Shown here piece by piece: positions 14,759-24,000 of a DNA stretch of 24,000 nt. The notes beneath the pieces are model-generated. The model was not told the origin of the DNA, did no database searches, and saw only the letters and a list, made by a program, of their open reading frames with translations. Source of the DNA: Acidobacteriota bacterium (GTDB lineage: Bacteria; Acidobacteriota; Blastocatellia; Pyrinomonadales; Pyrinomonadaceae); the NCBI GenBank assembly GCA_032160705.1, contig JAVHVE010000001.1:92113-116112 (forward strand), in the 5' to 3' direction. A program made the translations under genes and the position numbers. Every line of letters starts with the position of its first letter. Within the stretch, counting starts at the first letter, position 1.

Positions 14759-15703
14759 ATGCGTAGACGCACAATCATCGCCATCGCTATCGCCGCCACC
14801 CTGTGCTTCGGTGTCACGGCCTTCTGGAGCGCGCAGACTACTTTGCGCGACGGTGAGACGGACGCCAACATCGTCAGCGATGCGGGCGCGAAGACGGGTT
14901 CAAACATGGAGAAGAAAAAGGACGGCAATCGCGTCGTGAAAGTTTTGACCGCGCCGTTTCGCGCCTTTCGTCGTCTCTTCGGTGGAGGAAAAGATGAGGG
15001 CAAGCTTCAACACCTCAGCGAAAAGGATGTCGAGAAATTTGAGAGCACAGGGATGGCGCGCATCAACGACAGCCGTAACCCTGCGGAAGCGAAGCCGAGC
15101 GCGACAGGAACTGCCCGCGATCATCTCTCGCTGGGACGCATGTTCCTCTCAGCGGGGCGCATCAACGAGGCAATTTCAGAACTCTCGCTCGCCGCTTCGC
15201 TCGACCCGCGCCTTGCGGAAGCTCACAGCCTGCTTGGCCTCGCCTACGACCGCAAAGGCATGCACGACCGCGCGAAAGATGCTTACGACCGCGCGATCAA
15301 AAACGACCCTGAAGATGCGCAGACGCTCAACAATCTGGGCTTCTCGCTCTACCAGAACGGCAACTACCGCGCCGCCGTTGACAAGTTGAAGCGCGCCGCC
15401 CGCCTCGCGCCGACAGACGGGCGCATTCTGAACAATCTAGCCCTCGCGCAGATTCGTCTAGGCAAAACGGACGACGCTTACAAGAACTTTGCGCGCGCAG
15501 GCGGCGAAGTGACAGGCCATCTCAACACCGCTTCCATGCTCGAACGCCTCGGGCGCGAGGACGAAGCCATCAAGCACTACGAAGCCGCGCGCCGCGCTCA
15601 GCCGAACTCGATTACCGCGCTCAGTCGCCTGGCAGACCTCTACCGCCGGACAGGACGCGGCAACGAAGCTCAGGCGGCGCAGATGGCGCTTGCCGGAAAT
15701 TAA
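14759..15703 (+). CDS. tadD: TPR-repeat protein, TadD-like
   Basis: N-terminal signal/anchor, then several TPR units (e.g. AHSLLGLAYDRKGMHDRAKDAYDRAIKNDPEDAQTLNNLGFSLYQNGNYRAAVDKLKRAARLAP). Located after tadC. RBS aaaggag is upstream. Confidence 0.8.
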   Translation: MRRRTIIAIAIAATLCFGVTAFWSAQTTLRDGETDANIVSDAGAKTGSNMEKKKDGNRVVKVLTAPFRAFRRLFGGGKDEGKLQHLSEKDVEKFESTGMARINDSRNPAEAKPSATGTARDHLSLGRMFLSAGRINEAISELSLAASLDPRLAEAHSLLGLAYDRKGMHDRAKDAYDRAIKNDPEDAQTLNNLGFSLYQNGNYRAAVDKLKRAARLAPTDGRILNNLALAQIRLGKTDDAYKNFARAGGEVTGHLNTASMLERLGREDEAIKHYEAARRAQPNSITALSRLADLYRRTGRGNEAQAAQMALAGN

Positions 15704-15735
15704 AAGCCGAACGTACGACAGAAGGAAAATTTTCC

Positions 15736-17085
15736 ATGACGCATACAGGGATTCTGACGCGGACTGAAATCGAGAGCATGGGGCCGCCCGTGCCGGAAGA
15801 GATTGCCGACACGGGTGTGTCTGAAGGTTTCTTGTGTGATCTGGCGCTCAAGCACGTGGCGATGCTGGCCGAACCGACGACCGGAGCGGTCGCAGAAAGG
15901 CTTCATCTTCCGCGCACTCTCACAGAAGAGTTGTTGCAGATACTCTACCGCGAAAAGCTGATTGAAGTTCGCATGCAGACCACGCCGGGCTCGACGCGCT
16001 ACGCGATGCTGGATCACGGCTGGGAGCGCATGGCGCGCCTGCAAGCGATGTGCGGTTACACAGGCGCTGCGCCGGTCTCTCTGAAAGATTACGCGCACAT
16101 GATGCGCCTTCAGGCGATCCCTTCGCATCCGGCCTCGATGGAGACCGTGCGCGCGGCCTTTCGCGATCTGGTGCTGCCCGATTCCTTGCTGCAAACGCTC
16201 GGCTGCGTCATCAATTCACGCCGCTCGCTCTTTCTGACGGGGTTGCCGGGAACGGGTAAGACTGCCGTGGCGGAACGCATCAACTCGGCGCTCCCCGGCG
16301 CGATCTGGATTCCCTATGCCATCGAGATTGACGGTCAGATTATCCGTGTCTTCGATTCGCACTCGCATCGCGTCGTGCCCGAAGACCAGACGCCGATGGA
16401 GCACGACCGTCGCTGGGTGCACATTGAGCGCCCGCTGATTGTCGTCGGCGGCGAATTGACACTGGAGAACACAGACCTCGTCTGGTCGGATGTCGCAAAG
16501 TTTTATGAAGCGCCGTTTCAGATGAAGTCGAACGGCGGAACGCTGGTCATTGACGACTTCGGACGACAGCGCGTCGCGCCGCAGGATTTGCTCAATCGCT
16601 GGATTGTTCCCTTAGAGCGGCGCATGGACTATCTGGCGCTGCACACGGGCAAGAAAATCGAAGTTCCTTTCGAGCAGCTCGTGCTCTTTTCCACCAATCT
16701 TGAAGAGAAGGATTTGGCCGACGAAGCATTTTTGCGGCGCATGGGTTATCGCGCACGCGTCGAGCCTCCGACGCCTGCGGCTTACGTTGAAATCTTCAAG
16801 CGCGTGGCTTACACACGCGGCATCAAGTGCGATCAGACCTGCCTCGATCACATTTTGAACAACTACATGATTGAGCATCGCCAGATGAAAGCCTGCGAGC
16901 CGCGCGATCTGCTCGACCGCGTGACCGACATCTGTCTCTTCGAGGGGCACACGCTTGAGCTTAATCCGAAACTGATTGACGTGGCCTGGCGTAACTACTT
17001 TGGCGCATCGCACGGCTTCTCGACGCAAGCACCGTCGGCGCGCCAGACGGGCGAGCTTGTGCTGGACGAGCCGTTGCAGATTTGA
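15736..17085 (+). CDS. AAA+ ATPase (MoxR/AAA_5-like core) with a ~170-aa N-terminal winged-helix-like domain; function unknown
   Basis: Walker A LFLTGLPGTGKTAVAERI and Walker B GTLVIDDFGRQ. Then LNRWIVPLERRMDYLALHTGKKIEVPFEQLVLFSTN...DEAFLRRMGY, which mirrors the MoxR pattern (LLE..E.r.v...G....vPf..lv.aTqN ... A.ldRf). It starts 32 nt after tadD. Confidence 0.8.
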   Translation: MTHTGILTRTEIESMGPPVPEEIADTGVSEGFLCDLALKHVAMLAEPTTGAVAERLHLPRTLTEELLQILYREKLIEVRMQTTPGSTRYAMLDHGWERMARLQAMCGYTGAAPVSLKDYAHMMRLQAIPSHPASMETVRAAFRDLVLPDSLLQTLGCVINSRRSLFLTGLPGTGKTAVAERINSALPGAIWIPYAIEIDGQIIRVFDSHSHRVVPEDQTPMEHDRRWVHIERPLIVVGGELTLENTDLVWSDVAKFYEAPFQMKSNGGTLVIDDFGRQRVAPQDLLNRWIVPLERRMDYLALHTGKKIEVPFEQLVLFSTNLEEKDLADEAFLRRMGYRARVEPPTPAAYVEIFKRVAYTRGIKCDQTCLDHILNNYMIEHRQMKACEPRDLLDRVTDICLFEGHTLELNPKLIDVAWRNYFGASHGFSTQAPSARQTGELVLDEPLQI

Positions 17086-17153
17086 AGTAGCCACGCCTGA
17101 TTTAACGAGCGCCAGAGCGCCTCCCCTTGTTTGTCCGAAAGGAAAGAGAGCAG

Positions 17154-18365
17154 ATGACCCGAAAAAATTCCCCCCGCCGAGCGTTGGTTTTATCCGGTGC
17201 AGCGGTTTTTCTGTGCGCGGGTTTGATGGACGTGTCCGCGCAGGAAGTGTTGCCCCTGACGCTTCGCCAGTCGCCTGCGAGTGCGGCTCATGCGGCGCAA
17301 ACGCCGGGCGCGCGCCATGCTCTGGTGAAACCGGCGAAGAAACGTCTGAGCCGTCGCCGTCTGGTTAAAATCAGAACGAGAGCGGGCGATACCCTCAGCT
17401 TGCTCGGTGATCGCTTCGGCGCTTCGGCTCAGGAGATTGCGGATGTGAACGGCCTCGCTCCTTTCGCGCAGCTTCCACCGGGAAGCGAGCTTTTAATTCC
17501 GCTGCCCTCGCCTGAAATCTTAGCCAGAACCCCGGATGAAAAACTGGCTCAACACAACGGTGGCATTTCACTTGGCATGAACAGCGTTGCTTCTGCCGAG
17601 ACGGAAGCCGCCTGGGAGAATGTGCAGGGCGTGTGGTTCAGAAAAGGAAGTGAAAGGAAAGCGTCAAGCGAGACACCGTCAAGCGGGGTGGTGGAAGTGA
17701 GCGAAGCCGAGCGCAGCACCAGAGCGCAGCCGGTCTGGATTTTTCTTGTCGGAGGGGCGCGCGTCGAAGCGGATTCGGTGAACGAGACGACGGAAGGCGT
17801 CTGGTACACGCGAGGGCTGCTGACCATCTTCATTGAACGCTCGCGTATCGAGCGGATTGAACGTGAGCGCGTGAGCGCCGTTGCGACCGATGCGCCTTCG
17901 TGGACGGAGCGAGGTTGGACAACCGGCAATCAGCAGTTTGACGCGCTCATCAGGGAAAACGGTGCGCGCTACAATGTTGATCCCTACCTGATTTTCTGCG
18001 TGATGGAGCAGGAGTCGCAATTCAAACCCAGCATCGTCAGCCCGAAGGGAGCGCGCGGGCTGATGCAGTTGATGCCGGGGACGGCAGCGCATTTCGGCGT
18101 GCGTCGTCCCTTTGACCCGGCGGAAAATATCATGGGCGGCACAAAATACCTGAAGCAGTTGCTCGAAAATTTCAATGGCCGAGTTGATCTCGTGCTCGCC
18201 GGGTACAATGCGGGTGAAGGCGCGGTGATGAAGTACGGCGGAAACGTGCCGCCCTACAGGGAGACGCGCAACTACGTCCAGCGCATCAGCAAACGCTACG
18301 GGCAAAGCAGGTCTGCTACGCCCGTGCCCGCGGCGGAGACGACTGCGGCGGCAGGAATGAGGTAA
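17154..18365 (+). CDS. Secreted LysM-domain lytic transglycosylase (SLT / GH23 family)
   Basis: Signal peptide (ALVLSGAAVFLCAGLMDVSAQE). LysM (VKIRTRAGDTLSLLGDRFGASAQEIADVNGL). SLT motifs with the catalytic Glu context (FCVMEQESQF; GARGLMQLMPGTA; AGYNAGEGAV). The ORF track starts at TTG 17127. I prefer ATG 17154, preceded by aaaggaaagagag. Confidence 0.88.
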   Translation: MTRKNSPRRALVLSGAAVFLCAGLMDVSAQEVLPLTLRQSPASAAHAAQTPGARHALVKPAKKRLSRRRLVKIRTRAGDTLSLLGDRFGASAQEIADVNGLAPFAQLPPGSELLIPLPSPEILARTPDEKLAQHNGGISLGMNSVASAETEAAWENVQGVWFRKGSERKASSETPSSGVVEVSEAERSTRAQPVWIFLVGGARVEADSVNETTEGVWYTRGLLTIFIERSRIERIERERVSAVATDAPSWTERGWTTGNQQFDALIRENGARYNVDPYLIFCVMEQESQFKPSIVSPKGARGLMQLMPGTAAHFGVRRPFDPAENIMGGTKYLKQLLENFNGRVDLVLAGYNAGEGAVMKYGGNVPPYRETRNYVQRISKRYGQSRSATPVPAAETTAAAGMR

Positions 18366-18474
18366 GGAGCAAAGGGTTTAAGTCAAAGGTTAGCTTGAGT
18401 TTTTGAAATAGTCACTGAGTTAAAAGTGTCTTTGAATTGGGACGCGTAACTGTAAACTTGAAAGTGAATGCCCT

Positions 18475-19227
18475 ATGAAAAGTATATCTATCAAACTCTC
18501 ACTCATTCTCGCGCTCTGTTCCTGCCTGAGTTATCCGGCGTTCGCGCAGCAGAGCAGGGAAGCGCCGTTGACAAATTCCGCTGTCATCAAACTTGTGAGG
18601 GCAGGATTTAAGGAAAAGACTGTCATCGCCATCATCCGAAGCCGTCCCGCGCAGTTTGACCTTTCGCCCGACCGCTTAATCGAACTCAAGCGAAGCAATG
18701 TCAGCGAGAACATCATCCTCGCCATGCTCGCCCTGGGCGACACGGAGTTTGCGACAAACGATGATGATTGGGGCAGCGATCCTTTCTTCAACGATTCGGC
18801 GGGCACAAAAAAAGGGAACAAAGCACCCGACGGCGGTGTGGACATTTTCGGGATGAGCGGCGGCTCAAACAGTCGCACTCAGCGGCGCGGGCCTGATGGG
18901 TCGAGCGGAGGCGACACGCAGACGACCGGCAGCGCTACGGTACGCATCGTGCGCCCGCCGCTTGAGGCTGGCGGCAAACCTACGCTTGAAAAAACTCCGA
19001 CGCTGACCAACGACTCAATCGTGGAATTGGTCGAAGCCGGATTCTCTGAAGGCACGATCATTCGCCGCATCGAAAACGCGCCAGTCGAGTTTGATCTCGC
19101 CCCGCCCAAGCTCGCCGAGTTGCGCCGACACCGCGTCTCAGAGCGCATCATCGCCGCCATGACCACCGCGATGAGCGACGATTCGACGCAAGGCGCAAAG
19201 CCCGCGGGCAACACGCCGGAAAATTAA
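18475..19227 (+). CDS. Secreted hypothetical protein with two copies of a ~54-aa domain separated by a Gly/Ser/Asp-rich linker
   Basis: Signal peptide (LILALCSCLSYPAFA|QQ). Repeat 1: LTNSAVIKLVRAGFKEKTVIAIIRSRPAQFDLSPDRLIELKRSNVSENIILAML. Repeat 2: LTNDSIVELVEAGFSEGTIIRRIENAPVEFDLAPPKLAELRRHRVSERIIAAMT. No named family recognised. Confidence 0.7.
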   Translation: MKSISIKLSLILALCSCLSYPAFAQQSREAPLTNSAVIKLVRAGFKEKTVIAIIRSRPAQFDLSPDRLIELKRSNVSENIILAMLALGDTEFATNDDDWGSDPFFNDSAGTKKGNKAPDGGVDIFGMSGGSNSRTQRRGPDGSSGGDTQTTGSATVRIVRPPLEAGGKPTLEKTPTLTNDSIVELVEAGFSEGTIIRRIENAPVEFDLAPPKLAELRRHRVSERIIAAMTTAMSDDSTQGAKPAGNTPEN

Positions 19228-19231
19228 GTTG

Positions 19232-20356
19232 ATGCACAGCCGACAGAGGAAGACGAAAGGGAAGCGCGCGGGAATGAGCGAGACAAAAGACCGGAAGCGA
19301 AAGTTTCTCTATTGCGCGAGCCTGTTATTACTCTCTCTTCTCTTTCTCTGTTCGTCGCCCGCTCAGGCGCAGGCCAACAGGCAAGCTAACGCTTCTCCAA
19401 AACCTACGCCTGACGGAGATGAGATTGATGAAGGCGATGTCATTTCCGTCAGCACTTCGGAAGTGATGTTGCCTGTGACCGTTCGTGACGCGAGCGGCCA
19501 GCTTGTGACCACGCTGACGCGCGAGCACTTTCGCGTCTTCGAGGATGGACGCCTTCAGCCTTTGAGCGATCTGGCGCTCAGGCGCGTCCCCGTGGATGTT
19601 GTCCTGATGGTGGATGCTTCTTCGAGCGCCGCCGCCAACCTGGAAGACTTTCAACGCGCCGTCGAGGGCTTCGCTACAAACCTCGGAGCGGAAGACCGCA
19701 TTAGCCTGATTAAATTTGACGACCGCGTAGAACTCTTGCAGGACTGGACGCAGAGCCGCGTGCAGTTGCGCCGGAGCTTACGCCGCATCGTGCCGGGTAT
19801 GTTTACGCGCTTCAATGATGCCTTGCTCCTGGCCGCGCGCGAGCAACTGGCTCATGCGCGCGGGCGACACGCCGTGATCGTCCTGACCGACGGCATTGAT
19901 AGCGGGCGCGGCTACAGTACGCTCGAATCGGCGTTGCGTGCTTTACTCGAAGCGCAGGCCACCATCTATGTTGTCAGCAACACAGAGATAGAGCGTCAAA
20001 AGAAGAGCGCGGAGCTTGATTCTTTACTGGCTTCAACTTCTTCTTCTTCAGTCGCTCGCTTCAACGAGCTGCGCATCAATGACCTGCGCGAGGGCCTGCG
20101 CGTGCTGGATTTGAGCGAGCGGAATCTGGCGCAACTGACGGCGGCGACCGGGGGCAGGCTTTATAAGCCTTCGAGCTTTGACGAGCTGGATGCGACCTAC
20201 AGGGAAGTCGCGGAGGAGTTGCGCCACCAGTACGCGCTCTACTACACGCCTCTAAATAAAACGCGGGATGGGCGGTTTCGCCGTGTGCGGGTCGAAACAA
20301 CGACTCCTTCACAGAAAGTCTCTGCGCGCATCGGCTATTTCGCTCCCGGCAGATGA
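19232..20356 (+). CDS. Secreted von Willebrand factor A (VWA) domain protein with MIDAS motif, Acidobacteria-type VWFA-related family
   Basis: Signal peptide (...LLFLCSSPAQAQA). N-terminal beta-rich segment ISVSTSEVMLPVTVRDASGQLVTTLTREHFRVFEDGRLQPL, typical of the Acidobacteria-expanded VWFA-related domain as I remember it. MIDAS DxSxS (VLMVDASSSAA). VWA core (AVIVLTDGIDSG; TIYVV). Start is ambiguous (TTG 19229, ATG 19232, ATG 19274). Confidence 0.85.
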   Translation: MHSRQRKTKGKRAGMSETKDRKRKFLYCASLLLLSLLFLCSSPAQAQANRQANASPKPTPDGDEIDEGDVISVSTSEVMLPVTVRDASGQLVTTLTREHFRVFEDGRLQPLSDLALRRVPVDVVLMVDASSSAAANLEDFQRAVEGFATNLGAEDRISLIKFDDRVELLQDWTQSRVQLRRSLRRIVPGMFTRFNDALLLAAREQLAHARGRHAVIVLTDGIDSGRGYSTLESALRALLEAQATIYVVSNTEIERQKKSAELDSLLASTSSSSVARFNELRINDLREGLRVLDLSERNLAQLTAATGGRLYKPSSFDELDATYREVAEELRHQYALYYTPLNKTRDGRFRRVRVETTTPSQKVSARIGYFAPGR

Positions 20357-20585
20357 TCCCTTTAAGAGTCGTCACCCTCATTCGCAGATTTCCTCAATAA
20401 ATCACCTGATTCTTGAAGGGCAGGGGTCACAAAGCCCGCGCTTGCCGGGAAATAGACCTTCGTTGGTGTCATAATGCCACGACCTCTAATGAATGTGAAG
20501 GTGTGGGCTCATGTGACTCGCCAACCTCGCCTGTCGGTATCACGAAAAATTCTCCCTTTCAAATTAAGTTCTATCATTCCTTCAC

Positions 20586-20614
20586 TTGACTAATAGCTCT
20601 GAACGCGGCATAGT
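20586..20614 (+). promoter_or_regulatory. Candidate sigma-70-type promoter for the radical SAM gene (TTGACT, 17-nt spacer, CATAGT)
   Basis: The hexamers and spacing were read directly. It lies about 75 nt upstream of ATG 20690 (RBS ggagaagga) in a 333-nt intergenic region. Confidence 0.3.
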
Positions 20615-20689
20615 CATTGCTCTTGTGAGACTGCCGTTCTGCGAACTGCGTCTGTCTAAAGCAATTTATAACCCGGAGAAGGAAAATTC

Positions 20690-22720
<2,031 letters not shown>

Positions 22721-22749
22721 CTTTAATATCTAACGCCGACTGCAAACTG

Positions 22750-22795
22750 ATGTCCCCTGCGAATCTTAAGAGAAGCATTCGCAGGGGACATTTCT
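22750..22795. terminator. Bidirectional intrinsic terminator between convergent genes
   Basis: Perfect 15-bp stem ATGTCCCCTGCGAAT / ATTCGCAGGGGACAT with a 12-nt loop, followed by TTTCT. It sits between the radical SAM gene (+) and the DUF433 gene (-). Confidence 0.85.
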
Positions 22796-22829
22796 ATGAT
22801 TCAGGGAAACCTATCTCTTCATAACCACC

Positions 22830-23060
22830 CTATGCTGGCTGAAGACCGGCTTTGAGACTTTGAATTGTATATTCAAGGACGGCCTCTACTTGTTCTTTAG
22901 TGACCCCAGGAAACCACGATAAAAAGTCGTCAATAGAGGCTCCGCTTTCAAGGTTCTCAAATAGAGCGATCACAGGCACGCGGGTGTTGCGAAAGACCCA
23001 CGACCCGCTAACTTTTTCCGGGTCTCGCTCTACCGCAGAACATGAAGACCAATCAATCAT
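22830..23060 (-). CDS. DUF433 domain protein (antitoxin-like small HTH protein)
   Basis: VERDPEKVSGSWVFRNTRVPVIALFENLESGASIDDFLSWFPGVTKEQVEAVLEY matches the DUF433 pattern (G.P.i.GTRipV..il..l..G.s.eeil..yP.lt.e.i.aal.y). Confidence 0.75.
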   Translation of the reverse strand: MIDWSSCSAVERDPEKVSGSWVFRNTRVPVIALFENLESGASIDDFLSWFPGVTKEQVEAVLEYTIQSLKAGLQPA

Positions 23061-23122
23061 GAAAGAACAATATCGTCTTCATCCGATGAAGGCAAGAAAG
23101 GATATGCTTTCCATAGTCTCTG

Positions 23123-23386
23123 CTATTCTTCCTCTTCATCCTCTTCGTCCAGGAATTCGTACTTCTGCATGATTTTGTCCCATTCGGCCATCTTCTTCGG
23201 CTCGTCCGCGTATTGCTTGTGCACGAAGGCGTCCATTTTCTTAAATCCTTCTACGTTCTCTAAGGCGATTTCCTTTGCTGCCCGAAAACACTCTTCTTTG
23301 GTACGTTTGAGTGTCACCTCAAGGTTATGTCTCGCCAGATTTACACTCATTTCGCCAAATTTGTCCTCAGCCTCTCCGTCTTTCAT
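23123..23386 (-). CDS. Hypothetical highly charged protein with a poly-acidic C-terminus (87 aa)
   Basis: ATG preceded by gaaagga on the minus strand. Helical, Lys/Glu-rich sequence ending in LDEEDEEEE. No family recognised. Confidence 0.5.
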   Translation of the reverse strand: MKDGEAEDKFGEMSVNLARHNLEVTLKRTKEECFRAAKEIALENVEGFKKMDAFVHKQYADEPKKMAEWDKIMQKYEFLDEEDEEEE

Positions 23387-23502
23387 TGATTGCTCATCCT
23401 TTCTTCCCTCACAATTTGAAGATAAATCGCAAAAATTCAGCCTTTAGTGTGAATTCATGGTTCGTCTTCTTCCTCTGTCTTCATTGCATCTTAGTATAAC
23501 TA

Positions 23503-24000
23503 TTACTTGAAGCAGCCTAACGTCCGAATAACCCGCCCCGCGCATGAAGCATCCAAGATGAAGAAACCAGAACGCTCGCCTAACTGCTCGGCGAGAGGTT
23601 TCAGGCCGGGAGTGTTCCTGGCTGCGGTCTTGACGTAGTTGTAGACCTGTGTGGCCTGTTGCATGGCCTCGCTGCCGACGGCCAGCCGCGTGTCGTCAAT
23701 TCGGGAAGCGACCGAGGATGCGAGCGTGCCGAGTTCCGTGAGTGTTGCTAAGAGGTCAACATCTTTCTGAAAATCGGTGGTGTTGAAGCTCGCGGGAAAG
23801 ATCGTGGCGTTATTCTGTGCGGCGGAAGAGGCGTTTTGGACAAAGGACATGCTGTTCGGCCCTGTCTTTAAGAGAGCTTTACGTTCGTTCGCCGTCAGAT
23901 TGACGAGAAAGGGAAGTTTTGCAAGGACAGCCGCGAAAGAATCTTTGACGGCTTGCACGTCCGCAGATGAAATTGTGACGTTGATGTTCTGGTAAGGCAT
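23503..24000 (-). CDS. Hypothetical protein (165 aa as seen; the start codon coincides with the window edge, so the gene may extend further)
   Basis: Long minus-strand ORF (MPYQNINVTISSADVQAVKDSF...LTANERKALLKTGPNSMSFVQNA...DDTRLAVGSEAMQQATQVYNYVK). The pattern resembles an uncharacterised conserved family I cannot name. Confidence 0.55.
   Translation of the reverse strand: MPYQNINVTISSADVQAVKDSFAAVLAKLPFLVNLTANERKALLKTGPNSMSFVQNASSAAQNNATIFPASFNTTDFQKDVDLLATLTELGTLASSVASRIDDTRLAVGSEAMQQATQVYNYVKTAARNTPGLKPLAEQLGERSGFFILDASCAGRVIRTLGCFK

Noticed and set aside
20357-20585. Possible riboswitch, sRNA or small ORF in the long spacer before the radical SAM gene (including ORF 20268-20474)
   Set aside because: I found no convincing conserved-looking stem architecture, no terminator, and no RBS-preceded small ORF by eye. 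The listed ORF overlaps the end of the VWA gene out of frame. A covariance-model scan would be needed to say more.
23075-23093. Short hairpin GTCTTCAT-ccg-ATGAAGGC between the 87-aa gene and the DUF433 gene
   Set aside because: It has only about 8 bp with a triloop and no flanking U or A tract. It is too small to call a terminator or regulatory element.

Overview
This GC-rich (by eye, not computed) bacterial window is dominated by one complete, co-directional (+ strand) Tad/Flp (type IVc) pilus locus.

**Regulation and pilins.** The locus opens with a sigma-54 enhancer-binding regulator and a co-operonic mini site-2 protease (1101-3182), followed by a strong terminator. Next is a control region with a duplicated TGTCAAC-N4-GGCGACA motif and a sigma-54-like -24/-12 element. 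A small membrane ORF follows. Two tandem flp pilin genes are too short for the ORF track (3993-4148, 4176-4334).

**Assembly genes.** The order is cpaA, cpaB, cpaC, tadG-like, two tadE-like genes, cpaE/tadZ, cpaF/tadA, tadB, tadC and a TPR tadD-like gene (4495-15703).

**Appended module.** Four tightly spaced genes follow tadD: a MoxR/AAA_5-like AAA+ ATPase, a LysM+SLT lytic transglycosylase, a secreted protein with an internal ~54-aa duplication, and a VWA/MIDAS protein. The N-terminal region of the VWA protein resembles the Acidobacteria-expanded VWFA family, so an Acidobacteriota origin is my inference.

**Right end.** A separate unit encodes a 676-aa radical SAM enzyme. Its architecture matches the tetraether lipid synthase (Tes / GDGT-MAS) family. 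A 15-bp bidirectional terminator and three small minus-strand genes (DUF433 plus two unknowns) close the window.

**Most unusual signal.** A family of long hairpins is built from tandem heptamers, (CAGTTTT)n ... (AAAACTG)n. They almost completely fill three intergenic gaps inside the tad operon (cpaB|cpaC, tadE|cpaE, tadB|tadC). Two of them end 3 nt before start codons that lack a Shine-Dalgarno sequence. A fourth gap (tadC|tadD) carries a different heptamer tract, (CAGAATN)5.

I saw no rRNA, tRNA, CRISPR array, transposase or integrase.
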